Shown here: positions 19,264 to 29,254 of the stretch, piece by piece
Numbering within the stretch: position 1 is the first letter of the stretch
Layout: every line of letters starts with the position of its first letter
Source: Ruminococcus sp.
GTDB lineage: Bacteria > Bacillota > Clostridia > Oscillospirales > Acutalibacteraceae
DNA: 64,000 bases
Direction: 5' to 3'
NCBI GenBank assembly: GCA_017481885.1
Contig: JAFUOM010000084.1
Span: 7,959 to 71,958 of the forward strand
The notes under the pieces: generated by a model
Databases searched by the model: none
Told to the model about the DNA's origin: nothing
What the model saw: the letters and a program-made list of their open reading frames with translations, nothing else
Made by a program: the position numbers and the translations under genes

Positions 19264-20187
19264 TTACAAATACTTAAGCGAGCTTTCGCCGATAAATTCA
19301 CGCATCAGCGAATTTGACGGCACCAGTGCAGGGTCAAGCTGTTCTGCTTTGCTAATAACATCAATTAGTATTTTAACGTCATCGGTCTGTGGCAAAGCGT
19401 GAAGATTTTCTAAAAGCAGGGTGCGATAGATGTTAATTTCATACGGGATAATCGTGTCAATTGAGTAGTTGCATCTGCTCATAAACGGACGGATAAACTC
19501 GTCTTCACCTTTGTTAACACTCGAAAACATATTGAACGTGTCAAGCAAATCTCGGTCCCTTGTTTCCTGATCTCTTATCATTCTTCTGGCAAGTCTGATA
19601 ACCTTTGAGCGAAGCTCAGCTTTATCAGCTACAAACTGACTGCGGATGCTTACGTAAAAACGTGCACATTTTTCGTCAGAAACGGTTATCACATCAGGGT
19701 TAAGTGCGTGCGTGCCCTCAAAGATTATGATTTCGCCAACCTTGCGCTTTAGTGTCCAACCCGAAAACTCACGCTTACAGGTTGTGAAATTGTACTTTGG
19801 AATGTCAACGCTGTCGCAGTTGATGAAACCTCTGATTTGCATATTAAGGTAGTCTTTGTCAAGTCGTGCTGGTGATTCAAGGTCAAGCAAACCCTCTTTT
19901 GCGAGTTTGAACTCTTCGTCATTAAGCTCACGAAAATAGTTGTCCAGCGAGATTGTGTGGGTTTCAATTCCCCAAGAGTCCAGTAACGCTTCGAGCTTCA
20001 TTGCTGTGGTAGTCTTACCGCTTCCCGACGGACCAGAAATCAGCACAACAGGAGCAACGCTTGCGTTGTCTGCAATGCTTCTTGCTATTTTTTCAAGCTG
20101 AGTGTGATATTCGTTTTCGCAGAAGTTTATGAACTTTTGCGGATTGTTTTTAATCTGATAGTTAATGTCGTCCAGAAAATATTTCAT
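19264..20187 (-). CDS. Uridine kinase-like nucleoside kinase
   Basis: GPSGSGKTT, ISLDNYF, EGTHALN, RLARRMIRD, SLMREFIG. Confidence 0.85.
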   Translation of the reverse strand: MKYFLDDINYQIKNNPQKFINFCENEYHTQLEKIARSIADNASVAPVVLISGPSGSGKTTTAMKLEALLDSWGIETHTISLDNYFRELNDEEFKLAKEGLLDLESPARLDKDYLNMQIRGFINCDSVDIPKYNFTTCKREFSGWTLKRKVGEIIIFEGTHALNPDVITVSDEKCARFYVSIRSQFVADKAELRSKVIRLARRMIRDQETRDRDLLDTFNMFSSVNKGEDEFIRPFMSRCNYSIDTIIPYEINIYRTLLLENLHALPQTDDVKILIDVISKAEQLDPALVPSNSLMREFIGESSLKYL

Positions 20188-20299
20188 ATAAACACCTCTT
20201 GTCTGTATTTTATTCTACCACGCAAATGTGTAGAAATTGTATGTAAAATGTAAAAAATAACAGCGGAAAAATTTTGTTTATCCGCTGTTAAAGACGCAG

Positions 20300-21076
20300 T
20301 TACTCAATGTACTCGTAAGTGAGATAACCGCCATTGATTTTAAATTTTTGATTTTCGTTTTCGCCCATTACCGCCTTGGCGTTTTTGAGTCTGTACTCGT
20401 TTTCTCCGTCATTATACACCGCAAAAAAGCCGTAAAACGCCCTTGTTATCCTGTCGGCATCGTTAAAAGACGTGTTTTGAGTTATCACGTAGTCGTATTC
20501 ATCAGGCGCTTGTTGGTATTCACCATCTCCCTGAGGAGTAGCGTTTTTATAGTAAGAGTCAAAATCTAAGAGTAACTCACTCACCATATTGGGAATTAGA
20601 GCGTAAATTTTTTGCATAAATGTTTCTAAATTTTCGTCAGAGCTAAGCTCAAACGATTTTTGCATAATAATCTCGCCTGTGTCAAAGTCCTCTTTCATTT
20701 TGTGGAAGGTGACACCGCTTGTTTTTTCCTGATTTAAAATGCAAAGTGGCATTGGCCACGCACCTCTGCCAAATGGCAAAAGTGACGGATGAACGTTTAT
20801 CATTTTAAAGCCTTTTAGTATTGGCATACGGTAGTAGTAAGCCGCACAAAACAGAGCCTCAACACCTTGAGTCTTGAGCTTATCAAGGTCAGCTAAGGTG
20901 ATTTTGTCGTATGTTATAGGTATGTTGTGCTCGTTTGCAAAAGCTGTTACTTCTGTGTTAAACTCTGTCACATTGTCAACTTTGTTAGAGAAAATCTTCA
21001 CTATTTGGCAACCGTTATCATAAAGACTCTTAAGCACAGGGTAAAACAAATCAAAGCCTGCATACGCAATTTTCAT
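20300..21076 (-). CDS. Formyltransferase (Fmt-like)
   Basis: INVHPSLLP..RG..P, GVTFH, DTGEI motifs; shorter than canonical Fmt. Confidence 0.82.
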   Translation of the reverse strand: MKIAYAGFDLFYPVLKSLYDNGCQIVKIFSNKVDNVTEFNTEVTAFANEHNIPITYDKITLADLDKLKTQGVEALFCAAYYYRMPILKGFKMINVHPSLLPFGRGAWPMPLCILNQEKTSGVTFHKMKEDFDTGEIIMQKSFELSSDENLETFMQKIYALIPNMVSELLLDFDSYYKNATPQGDGEYQQAPDEYDYVITQNTSFNDADRITRAFYGFFAVYNDGENEYRLKNAKAVMGENENQKFKINGGYLTYEYIE

Positions 21077-21219
21077 ACACTCACCACCAGTTTACTATAC
21101 TACAAATATACTATAACACAAATGATATGGAATAATCAATCACATAAATTCACTTGCTTATTGACTTTATGATTACTTTGCGATAAAATACACGTAGACT
21201 ATTATAGGAGGTTACTACT

Positions 21220-21372
21220 ATGGAACATATCAAGACTATTGAAACTCGTAATCTTTGCGAAAGCGCAAAGAAGGGTGGCTGCGGCGAGTGCCAGACTTCA
21301 TGTCAGTCTGCTTGCAAAACAAGCTGCGGTATTGCTAACCAGAAGTGTGAGAGCACAAAGGAGAGCAAGTAA
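21220..21372 (+). CDS. scfA: SCIFF (six-cysteine ranthipeptide) precursor
   Basis: Missed by ORF track; MEHIKTIETRNLCESAKKGGCGECQTSCQSACKTSCGIANQKCESTKESK with AGGAGG RBS. Confidence 0.96.
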   Translation: MEHIKTIETRNLCESAKKGGCGECQTSCQSACKTSCGIANQKCESTKESK

Positions 21373-21386
21373 TTAGCAAAAAGAAA

Positions 21387-21413
21387 GTGCCGCTCGTTTG
21401 GGCGGCATTTTTT
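21387..21413 (+). terminator. Hairpin/attenuating terminator between scfA and scfB
   Basis: gtgccgctcgtttgggcggcatttttt. Confidence 0.7.
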
Positions 21414-21456
21414 ATAGCTTTTGTTTTTGATTTTGTTTTGTAGGAAGGTACATATT

Positions 21457-22833
21457 ATGATACATCAGTATAAATTAGGCGGATACAATATCGTTCTCGA
21501 CATCTGTTCGGGAGCTGTGCACGCAGTTGACGAGGTGGCTTACGATATTATCGCTGACTTTCAGACTAAAGAAAAAGAAGAGATTATCTCTGCTTTAAAT
21601 GAAAAGTACAAAGACAGAGAAGACATTACTTTAAATGATATAGAAGAGTGCTACGCTCAGGTTGTGGCTTTAAAAGACAGCGGTAAGCTTTTTGTAGAGG
21701 ACACCTTTGAGCCAATGGCAGGAGAGCTTAAACGCAAAACAGCAGGCGTTGTTAAAGCGTTGTGTCTGCACATTGCCCACACCTGTAACTTAAACTGTGC
21801 TTACTGCTTTGCGTCACAAGGTAAGTATCAGGGTGAGCGAGCTTTGATGAGCTTTGAAGTCGGCAAGCGTGCACTGGATTTTCTCGTTGAAAATTCAGGC
21901 AGCAGACACAACCTCGAGGTTGACTTCTTCGGTGGCGAACCGCTGATGAACTTCGACGTTGTAAAACAGCTTGTAAGGTACGCTCGTTCCATCGAAAAAG
22001 AAAAGGGCAAAAACTTCCGTTTTACACTTACTACAAACGGCGTTTCGATTGACGATGACGTAATCGACTTTGCTAACAAAGAAATGAGCAACGTTGTGCT
22101 CAGTTTAGACGGAAGAAAATCCGTCCACGATAAATTCAGAGTTGACTACGCAGGCAATGGTAGTTGGGAAAAGATTGTTCCTAAATTTAAAAAGCTTGTT
22201 GAAGCAAGGGGCAATAAAGATTACTATATGCGTGGAACATTTACTCACCACAACCCTGATTTCTTGGAAGATATCAAAACTATGCTCGACTTAGGTTTCA
22301 CAGAGCTTTCTATGGAACCTGTTGTCTGTGCCGATACTGACGAGTCAGCACTTACATACGACGATTTGCCTGTAGTTTTATACCAGTACGAAAAGCTCGC
22401 AGAGCTTATGATTCAGCGTAGAAAAGACGGCAAACCATTCACTTTCTACCATTATATGATTGATTTACAGGGCGGTCCGTGCATTTACAAGCGTATCTCT
22501 GGTTGCGGTTCGGGCACAGAGTATATGGCTGTCACTCCTTGGGGTGACCTTTACCCTTGCCACCAGTTCGTTGGCGACGAAAAGTACCTGCTCGGTAATA
22601 TATTCGATGGAGTAAAGAATACAGCAATTCAGGATGAGTTTATGGAGTGCAACGTGTATTCTCGTGAAGAATGTAAAGATTGTTGGGCAAGACTTTACTG
22701 TTCAGGCGGATGTGCCGCAAACGCATACCACGCAACAGGCTCAGTCAAAGGCGTGTACAAGTACGGCTGTGAACTGTTCAAAAAGCGTATGGAATGTGCA
22801 ATTATGGCAGAAGTTGACAGACTTTTATCATAA
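21457..22833 (+). CDS. scfB: Radical SAM/SPASM SCIFF maturase
   Basis: CNLNCAYC, FFGGEP, SPASM CGSG...GDLYPCHQF...CKDCWARLYCSGGC; follows scfA. Confidence 0.96.
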   Translation: MIHQYKLGGYNIVLDICSGAVHAVDEVAYDIIADFQTKEKEEIISALNEKYKDREDITLNDIEECYAQVVALKDSGKLFVEDTFEPMAGELKRKTAGVVKALCLHIAHTCNLNCAYCFASQGKYQGERALMSFEVGKRALDFLVENSGSRHNLEVDFFGGEPLMNFDVVKQLVRYARSIEKEKGKNFRFTLTTNGVSIDDDVIDFANKEMSNVVLSLDGRKSVHDKFRVDYAGNGSWEKIVPKFKKLVEARGNKDYYMRGTFTHHNPDFLEDIKTMLDLGFTELSMEPVVCADTDESALTYDDLPVVLYQYEKLAELMIQRRKDGKPFTFYHYMIDLQGGPCIYKRISGCGSGTEYMAVTPWGDLYPCHQFVGDEKYLLGNIFDGVKNTAIQDEFMECNVYSREECKDCWARLYCSGGCAANAYHATGSVKGVYKYGCELFKKRMECAIMAEVDRLLS

Positions 22834-22896
22834 ACAACTTGGGACGATGAAAAATCGTCCCTTACATTTTTATATAAACATTGATTTTACCAATAA

Positions 22897-23000
22897 AAGG
22901 CTCCCTTGTGTAAAGGGAGCTGTCACCATAAGGTGACTGAGGGATTGTTTGTGCGAAGCACCCATAGAATTAAAAATTGTAGGGGCGAGCATTGCTCGTC
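22897..23000. repeat. REP-like palindromes (GGCTCCCT...AGGGAGCTGTC...GACTGAGGG and GTAGGGGCGAGCATTGCTCGTC)
   Basis: Same two motif classes as at 1482-1782 and 13383-13740. Confidence 0.7.
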
Positions 23001-23039
23001 TGTGTGCATCAGCACCCAATAATTATTGTAGAGGTCACA

Positions 23040-24380
23040 ATGAAAACTCCTATCATTGATTTCGTAAAAAACTATAATGAAAGCAAAACCGTGCGTGCTC
23101 ATATGCCTGGACACAAAGGCGAACAGCACCTTGGCTTTGAGCATCTCGACATCACCGAGATTAAGGGTGCGGACTCGCTTTTTGAGTGCGACTCAATTAT
23201 TAAAGAAAGCGAGCAAAACTCTTCCGCACTGTTTGATGCTCACACTTTTTACTCAACCGAGGGTTCGTCGCTGTGTATCAGAGCTATGCTGTACCTTGCA
23301 ACCCTTTACGCTAAAAAAGAGGGCAAACGTCCGCTCGTTTTAGCAGGCAGAAATGCCCACAAAACATTTTTGTCAGCAGTTGCTTTGCTCGATTTAGATG
23401 TCGAGTGGCTTTTTGCAAAAAACAGCTCGTACCTTTCGTGTGTGATTACTCCCGAAGAACTTGAAAGAAAGCTATCGCAAATGAGTGAAAAACCGTGTGC
23501 TGTGTATTTCACCTCGCCTGACTATCTTGGCAACACGCTTGATATTAAGTCTATCTCACAGGTGTGCAAAAAGTACGGGGTTTTGCTCATAGTTGACAAC
23601 GCCCACGGAGCGTATCTCAAGTTTCTGGAAAATTCACAGCATCCGCTTGATAACGGTGCCGATATGTGCTCTGATTCAGCTCACAAAACCTTGCCCGTGT
23701 TGACAGGCGGAGCGTACCTGCACATCTCAAAAACCGCCGACAGCTTTTTGAAAGATAACGCAAAGAAAGCTTTGTCGCTTTTTGCGTCAACCTCACCATC
23801 ATATTTAATAATGCAGTCACTTGATTTTGCAAACCAGTATATTGCAAACGGCTACAAAGAAAGGCTCAGCACATTTATAAATAAGGTTGACGATTTAAAG
23901 CAGATTTTAACTGATAACGGCTACACATTAAGCGGTGACGAACCGCTGAAAATCACGATAAATGCTAAGAATTACGGCTACACAGGTGAAGAACTTGCAC
24001 AGCTACTAAGAGAACAGGAGATTGAGTGTGAGTTTGCTGACCCTGATTTTTTAGTGCTGATGCTGACACCGTCTATGACCGACAGCGATATGAGTAAAAT
24101 CAAAACAGCTTTGCTCGGTATAGAGAAACGCGATGCAATTAAAACAGCTGTGCCACAACTTAGTAATCCGAAAAAAGTTATGCGTGTGCGTGATGCTGTG
24201 ATGTCCGTTTCAAAAATAGTAGACGTAAAAGAAAGTGCAGGCAAGGTGCTCTCTGCGGTTTCTGTGTCGTGTCCGCCTGCTGTGCCGGTTGTTGTCAGCG
24301 GAGAGTTAATAGACGAAAACGCTGTCGCACTTTTTGAGTATTACAACATTACTCAGTGTGAGGTTGTAGAGAAACAGTAG
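23040..24380 (+). CDS. PLP-dependent Orn/Lys/Arg decarboxylase family protein
   Basis: HMPGHK, RNAHK, TSPDYLG, DNAHGAY, SAHKT (PLP lysine), STSPSY, PPAVP. Confidence 0.9.
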   Translation: MKTPIIDFVKNYNESKTVRAHMPGHKGEQHLGFEHLDITEIKGADSLFECDSIIKESEQNSSALFDAHTFYSTEGSSLCIRAMLYLATLYAKKEGKRPLVLAGRNAHKTFLSAVALLDLDVEWLFAKNSSYLSCVITPEELERKLSQMSEKPCAVYFTSPDYLGNTLDIKSISQVCKKYGVLLIVDNAHGAYLKFLENSQHPLDNGADMCSDSAHKTLPVLTGGAYLHISKTADSFLKDNAKKALSLFASTSPSYLIMQSLDFANQYIANGYKERLSTFINKVDDLKQILTDNGYTLSGDEPLKITINAKNYGYTGEELAQLLREQEIECEFADPDFLVLMLTPSMTDSDMSKIKTALLGIEKRDAIKTAVPQLSNPKKVMRVRDAVMSVSKIVDVKESAGKVLSAVSVSCPPAVPVVVSGELIDENAVALFEYYNITQCEVVEKQ

Positions 24381-24442
24381 GGTTTGACGCCTGCGAGTAA
24401 CCTGCAATCCCGTTGTGCAAAGCGCCAATACCCATATAAACC

Positions 24443-24471
24443 AAAACACCGCAATTAAGCGGTGTTTTTTT
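24443..24471 (+). terminator. Intrinsic terminator
   Basis: aaaacaccgcaattaagcggtgttttttt. Confidence 0.75.
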
Positions 24472-24483
24472 GTGCAAAATATC

Positions 24484-24520
24484 TTGACAAATCCGTCTAC
24501 AAGTGATAGATTGTAGACGG
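24484..24520 (+). promoter_or_regulatory. Promoter with overlapping BlaI-type operator
   Basis: TTGACA-17-TAGATT; perfect inverted repeat CCGTCTACAA-N8-TTGTAGACGG (24493-24520) with the TACA/TGTA core. Confidence 0.8.
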
Positions 24521-24550
24521 GGATAAAATAATATTAATGAGGTGTTTTTT

Positions 24551-24913
24551 ATGAAAGAATACAGACTTGGTGCATTGGAATCACGTTTTGCTGACATAGT
24601 GTGGGAGAACGCTCCGCTTTCTACAACACAGCTTGTACAGCTGTGTGAGGACGAGTTTAACTGGAAACGCACAACAACCTACACAGTGTTAAAGCGTTTG
24701 TCAAACGGCGGACTTTTCAAGCTCGAAAAGGGCACAGTTTCTGCACTTATGACACGTGACGAGTTTTACTCAAAACAGAGCAAGCACTACGTAAAGGAGA
24801 GCTTCGGCGGTTCGCTTCCTGCGTTTTTGTCTGCTTTTACATCTAACCGCAAGTTAACAAAAGACGAGGTTCAAGAAATCAAGAAAATGATTGGAAACTT
24901 CGAGGAGAAATAA
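24551..24913 (+). CDS. BlaI/MecI/CopY family repressor
   Basis: E..FADIVW...W...TTYTVLKRL...FGGSLPAFL. Confidence 0.92.
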   Translation: MKEYRLGALESRFADIVWENAPLSTTQLVQLCEDEFNWKRTTTYTVLKRLSNGGLFKLEKGTVSALMTRDEFYSKQSKHYVKESFGGSLPAFLSAFTSNRKLTKDEVQEIKKMIGNFEEK

Positions 24914-24914
24914 A

Positions 24915-26270
24915 ATGACCCTTCTTTTCAAGCAAGTCCTTAGCCTTAGCATCACTGCGTCTATTCTTATATTAGCGGTAGTGGTGCTTCGTATGATACT
25001 AAAAAAAGCGCCAAAAGGCGTGCGATACATCCTTTGGGCAATGGTGGGACTCAGGCTTTTAGTACCGTTTAAAATTGAAAGTCCGTTTTCTGTTATGCCG
25101 TCACACAAAGAAGTGAGTGCAGTTTCAACTGGGGTTTCACAGGCGGTGAGCACAGTATCGGTTGAGACTACACAAACAACACACAGCCTTGACGTTTTCG
25201 ACATACTTTCTTTCGTGTGGCTGACAGGTGCAGTGTTTATGCTTTTGTATATGCTCATAAGCTTTCTTAGAGTGCGACTTATGGTGCGTGAAAGCGTTTT
25301 GTACAAAGATAACGTCTACCTGTGCGACCACGTCAGCAGTCCGTTCGTGCTTGGTATTATAAGCCCTAAAATTTATCTTAACTCTTCAATCAGCAAAAAG
25401 GACTCAAAACTGATTATTGCCCACGAGCGTACACACATCAGACATCTGGATAACTTGTGGAAGCCACTCGGTTTTGTGCTTTTATCGGTGTATTGGTTCA
25501 ATCCGCTTTGCTGGCTGTCCTACTTTTTATTTGTAAAGGATATAGAGCTTTTCTGTGACGAAAGCGTTGTAAAAACTCTTTCCAAAAACGGCAAGAAGAA
25601 CTACTCCTACGCCCTGCTTTCCTGTAGTGCGAGCAAAAATATGGTCACTGCCTGTCCTTTAGCTTTCGCAGAAAACAGCGTCAAAACACGTGTGCGTAAT
25701 ATTTTAAGCTACAAAAAGCCTGCCTTCTACGTGGTTGTAATTTCAGTTATCCTGTGCGTTGTCACAATGCTGATGTTTATGACAAGTCCAGTTTCAGCGA
25801 AAGAAAATGACAACCAGAACACAGTAGCTGAAACTGTAGCACAAGTAATTGAGCAAACAGAACCTCAAACACAGCCACCAACAGAACCGGAAACCGAGGC
25901 TGAAACTGTTGCGTCTAAAGTTGCTCCAACAGAAAAATCTGTTGAAAAAGATACCGTTAAAAACAACAACTCAACCAACAATGAATATTCACAGAGCGTT
26001 GATAACAGTTACAACAATAATAGTAATGACTCAACGGATATAATAAGAACCGAGCCGAATAAAGTTGATGATGTTGGTACTCTTAGGGCAGAGGAAGAAG
26101 AGGATAGCAACTACAGCGGTGGTTATCCGTATCCGTTTTCAAACAGCGATTATGTTTCGCCGTATGAAGGTTATAGTAATAACGGCAGTAATTACCACTA
26201 TCCGTTTGAAAAAAATAATACAACCAACAATCAGGTCATTCAGTGGGATATGAACTCATCTTTATCATAA
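24915..26270 (+). CDS. BlaR1/M56 family membrane metallopeptidase with a low-complexity extracellular tail
   Basis: SPFVLGIISPKIY, HERTH (HExxH), WFNP, ELFCDE; C-terminal T/E/P and N/S/Y-rich region, no PBP domain recognised. Confidence 0.9.
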   Translation: MTLLFKQVLSLSITASILILAVVVLRMILKKAPKGVRYILWAMVGLRLLVPFKIESPFSVMPSHKEVSAVSTGVSQAVSTVSVETTQTTHSLDVFDILSFVWLTGAVFMLLYMLISFLRVRLMVRESVLYKDNVYLCDHVSSPFVLGIISPKIYLNSSISKKDSKLIIAHERTHIRHLDNLWKPLGFVLLSVYWFNPLCWLSYFLFVKDIELFCDESVVKTLSKNGKKNYSYALLSCSASKNMVTACPLAFAENSVKTRVRNILSYKKPAFYVVVISVILCVVTMLMFMTSPVSAKENDNQNTVAETVAQVIEQTEPQTQPPTEPETEAETVASKVAPTEKSVEKDTVKNNNSTNNEYSQSVDNSYNNNSNDSTDIIRTEPNKVDDVGTLRAEEEEDSNYSGGYPYPFSNSDYVSPYEGYSNNGSNYHYPFEKNNTTNNQVIQWDMNSSLS

Positions 26271-26330
26271 GGTGTTCAGAGAGCTGACGACTGGCTGACA
26301 GGCTTAAATTAGCAAAGGAGTGTGACTCGT

Positions 26331-29201
26331 ATGAAAAAACGAATCTTATCCATAATTTTGTGTATGGCATTATTGCTAACAGTTTTATTTTCTGTGCCAT
26401 TCAGTGTTAATGCTGAATCAACCAAGGTAGACACAGAAGTTGCAGAAAATATTGACAAAACCGAAAGTTGCGATACAGCAAAAGAGTCTGTCAAAAAACA
26501 AACAATTACTGAAGAAAGAATAGATAAGGCTGATATTGCAGATGTCGGAGCATCTTACTACCATATAGAGTATGAAGGTGTACGTTATGGAAAATATGAT
26601 GATAGTACACTCGGTATTGTAGGTTATAACCCTGATACCTTACCAGAACACGTTGTGATACCATCTTCTATTGAAGGTATGTCCGTTATAGGCGTAAATG
26701 GAAGAGATCGTCACAGTCCTTTTGCTAATGCAAACCTCAAGAGCATAGTTCTGCCTCCTACAGTAACTTATATTGGTTGGTACAGTTTTTATCTTTGTTA
26801 CTATTTGGAAAGTATAACAATACAAGGAGAAGTAAAAGAAATCCAAAGTCATACTTTTGAGTATTGTAATAAACTTGCTGAAATCAATTTACCCGATTCG
26901 ATAACATATATTGGAAGCGAAGCTTTTCAACATTGTGTTTCTCTTAAAAGCATAGAATTGCCAAAGAATCTCAAGAATATAGGCGAATTTGCTTTTAGTG
27001 AATGTGAGTCTTTAGAAAAAGTGATAATCGACCCTGCATTAGAAAAAATCGGTAGGGGTGCATTTTGTAAGCTTGAATCGCTAACTGATGTTGTTTTTGA
27101 AGGGAAAAATACAAATTTAGAGTTGGATGCTGCGGCTTTTAGCGGATGTTCTAATTTGGTAAATTTTGATTTCTCGTGCATAAAAAGCATCGGCGAAGGT
27201 GCATTTAGCAGATGTACAGGTTTTAAAAACTTGGACTTTGGAGCAATGGAAAGCTTAACGCTGGGAGTGTCAGCGTTTAGTTATTGTAAATCCTTGGAAA
27301 CTGTGACATTGTCGGATAATATGCTAGCTATACCGGATAATTGTTTTTTAGAGTGTACAAGGCTGAAAGATGTGGCTATGCCAAATGTGACGTCCATAGG
27401 TTCAGGTGCGTTTGAAAAATGCAGTAGTCTGGAAAGTGTTGATTTAACTAAAACAAAAGCGAGTGTTTTAGGTGAAAATGCATTTAAAGAATGCATTAAT
27501 TTGAAAGAAATAACCTTTTCGGATGAAGTAACCTATACAATGGGGGACGCTATATTTGAAAAATGTACTTCATTAAAAACAGTGAAACTTCCGTCTACTT
27601 TAACTAAATTGCCTAGTAGTTGTTTTCATGATTGCACAGCTTTAGAAAGTGTAGAGGCTGCTTCTTTAATCAGTCTTGGATATCAAGCATTTGGTGGTTG
27701 TAAGAATCTAAATGAGCTCAGTTTTGCAAAAGACAATAACATAAAATCAGTTGGACAAAGTGCTTTTTCAAGTTGTGTTTCTCTTACAGAAATCTCTTTG
27801 CCTTATGTAGAAACAATCTACGACAGTGCATTCGGAAATTGTGAAAATCTCTACAAGGTTGAATTGGGAGAGCATCTTACAAAAATAGGGGAATTTGCGT
27901 TTTCCAGATGCTATAGTCTTACAGAGGTGTATTTGCCTGCTATAAAAACAATTGATGAATACGCTTTCGAATATTGTTATAGTCTTTCAAAAGTAACCAT
28001 AGGCGAAAGGCTTGAAAGAATCGGAAAGAACGCTTTTTACAATTGTTATAGTCTCTTTGAATTCTATATACCTGAAAGCGTTAAGGAGATCGGACCATAT
28101 GCCATAGGTTGTTTTGATTACAATGGTGGCATTTATACCGACCCTGACTTCGTTGTACTCGGAAGTGCTGCTTCACTAGCTGATGAATATGCACAAGCGT
28201 ATATGTTGACTTGGGGAAATGGTTATCCTGCACCAAAACTCAACACAATCTCAAACACCTCAGACGGCATAAAGCTGACCTTTGAAAAGCTGTCGGGTGC
28301 CAGCGGACAGTACCGCATTTATCGCAAAACTGCAGACACAACTTGGACATCAATTGCAAACATTACAAGCAATACTTACACCGATAAAACAGCATTAGCA
28401 GGTGTTTATTACATCTACACGGTCAAGTTTATCGGTTATGACGGCACTGAAAGCCGTTACGATAAAAACGGACTTTCAATCACTCGACTTGTAACTCCAA
28501 AGGTTACTAAAATCCAGAACACTGAAAAAGGTGCGAAACTCACAATTGAAAAGGTTGAAGGTGCTTCATATTACCGTGTGTATTACAAAACAAGCGACGG
28601 TTGGAAAGGTATTGACAACACAGATACCACTACCTTTGTACACGAAAGTGCAAAGTCTGGTGAGTCTTACACATACACAGTAAAAGCCTTTGATGAGTTT
28701 GATAACTCAAGCTCGTTTAACTCAAACGGCTGGAGCAATACGTTTATCGCGACTCCTGTGATTTCTTCCATCACAAGCACCGAAAAGGGCGTGAAGATAA
28801 CCTGGGACAAGATTGACGGTGCGGTGAACTACCGTGTATACTACAAAAACGGCTCAGACTGGAAAGGTATTGGCAACACAACATCAACTACCTTCACTCA
28901 CACAGATGCCACCCCTGGTGTAAAGTACACCTACACTGTCAGATGTATGAAGTCAGACGGCAAAACCGCTGTGAGTGATTACAGCAAACAGGGCAAGAGC
29001 CACACATATTTCTACAGAGGCTCAATGGCGAGTATGCACAAGGCTATGCAGAACATAAAGAGCAATAACAGTGCGATAGAACCTGCCCAGAAATCTTCGA
29101 GCGCTTTAAAGCCTCAGGCTATAAAATCAGCGCTTGTGGCTAGTGTAAAGCAAGCAACTCAACAGCTTTACTCAAAGCTTTTGAGTTTTGCAAAAAGATA
29201 A
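26331..29201 (+). CDS. Secreted BspA-type leucine-rich-repeat protein with C-terminal FN3-like repeats
   Basis: Signal peptide; many IG..AF..C..L..I.LP repeats; three repeats such as GVKITW...YRVYYK...W..I...Y.YTV. Confidence 0.9.
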   Translation: MKKRILSIILCMALLLTVLFSVPFSVNAESTKVDTEVAENIDKTESCDTAKESVKKQTITEERIDKADIADVGASYYHIEYEGVRYGKYDDSTLGIVGYNPDTLPEHVVIPSSIEGMSVIGVNGRDRHSPFANANLKSIVLPPTVTYIGWYSFYLCYYLESITIQGEVKEIQSHTFEYCNKLAEINLPDSITYIGSEAFQHCVSLKSIELPKNLKNIGEFAFSECESLEKVIIDPALEKIGRGAFCKLESLTDVVFEGKNTNLELDAAAFSGCSNLVNFDFSCIKSIGEGAFSRCTGFKNLDFGAMESLTLGVSAFSYCKSLETVTLSDNMLAIPDNCFLECTRLKDVAMPNVTSIGSGAFEKCSSLESVDLTKTKASVLGENAFKECINLKEITFSDEVTYTMGDAIFEKCTSLKTVKLPSTLTKLPSSCFHDCTALESVEAASLISLGYQAFGGCKNLNELSFAKDNNIKSVGQSAFSSCVSLTEISLPYVETIYDSAFGNCENLYKVELGEHLTKIGEFAFSRCYSLTEVYLPAIKTIDEYAFEYCYSLSKVTIGERLERIGKNAFYNCYSLFEFYIPESVKEIGPYAIGCFDYNGGIYTDPDFVVLGSAASLADEYAQAYMLTWGNGYPAPKLNTISNTSDGIKLTFEKLSGASGQYRIYRKTADTTWTSIANITSNTYTDKTALAGVYYIYTVKFIGYDGTESRYDKNGLSITRLVTPKVTKIQNTEKGAKLTIEKVEGASYYRVYYKTSDGWKGIDNTDTTTFVHESAKSGESYTYTVKAFDEFDNSSSFNSNGWSNTFIATPVISSITSTEKGVKITWDKIDGAVNYRVYYKNGSDWKGIGNTTSTTFTHTDATPGVKYTYTVRCMKSDGKTAVSDYSKQGKSHTYFYRGSMASMHKAMQNIKSNNSAIEPAQKSSSALKPQAIKSALVASVKQATQQLYSKLLSFAKR

Positions 29202-29218
29202 AGTCAATAAACATAATT

Positions 29219-29248
29219 AAAGGGTTGCCTTTTTTGGCAACCCTTTTT
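29219..29248. terminator. Bidirectional terminator
   Basis: aaagggttgccttttttggcaacccttttt between convergent genes. Confidence 0.8.
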
Positions 29249-29254
29249 GTGTCT

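Noticed and set aside
21220-22833. SCIFF locus as a novel RiPP system
   Set aside because: Canonical, widespread clostridial scfAB
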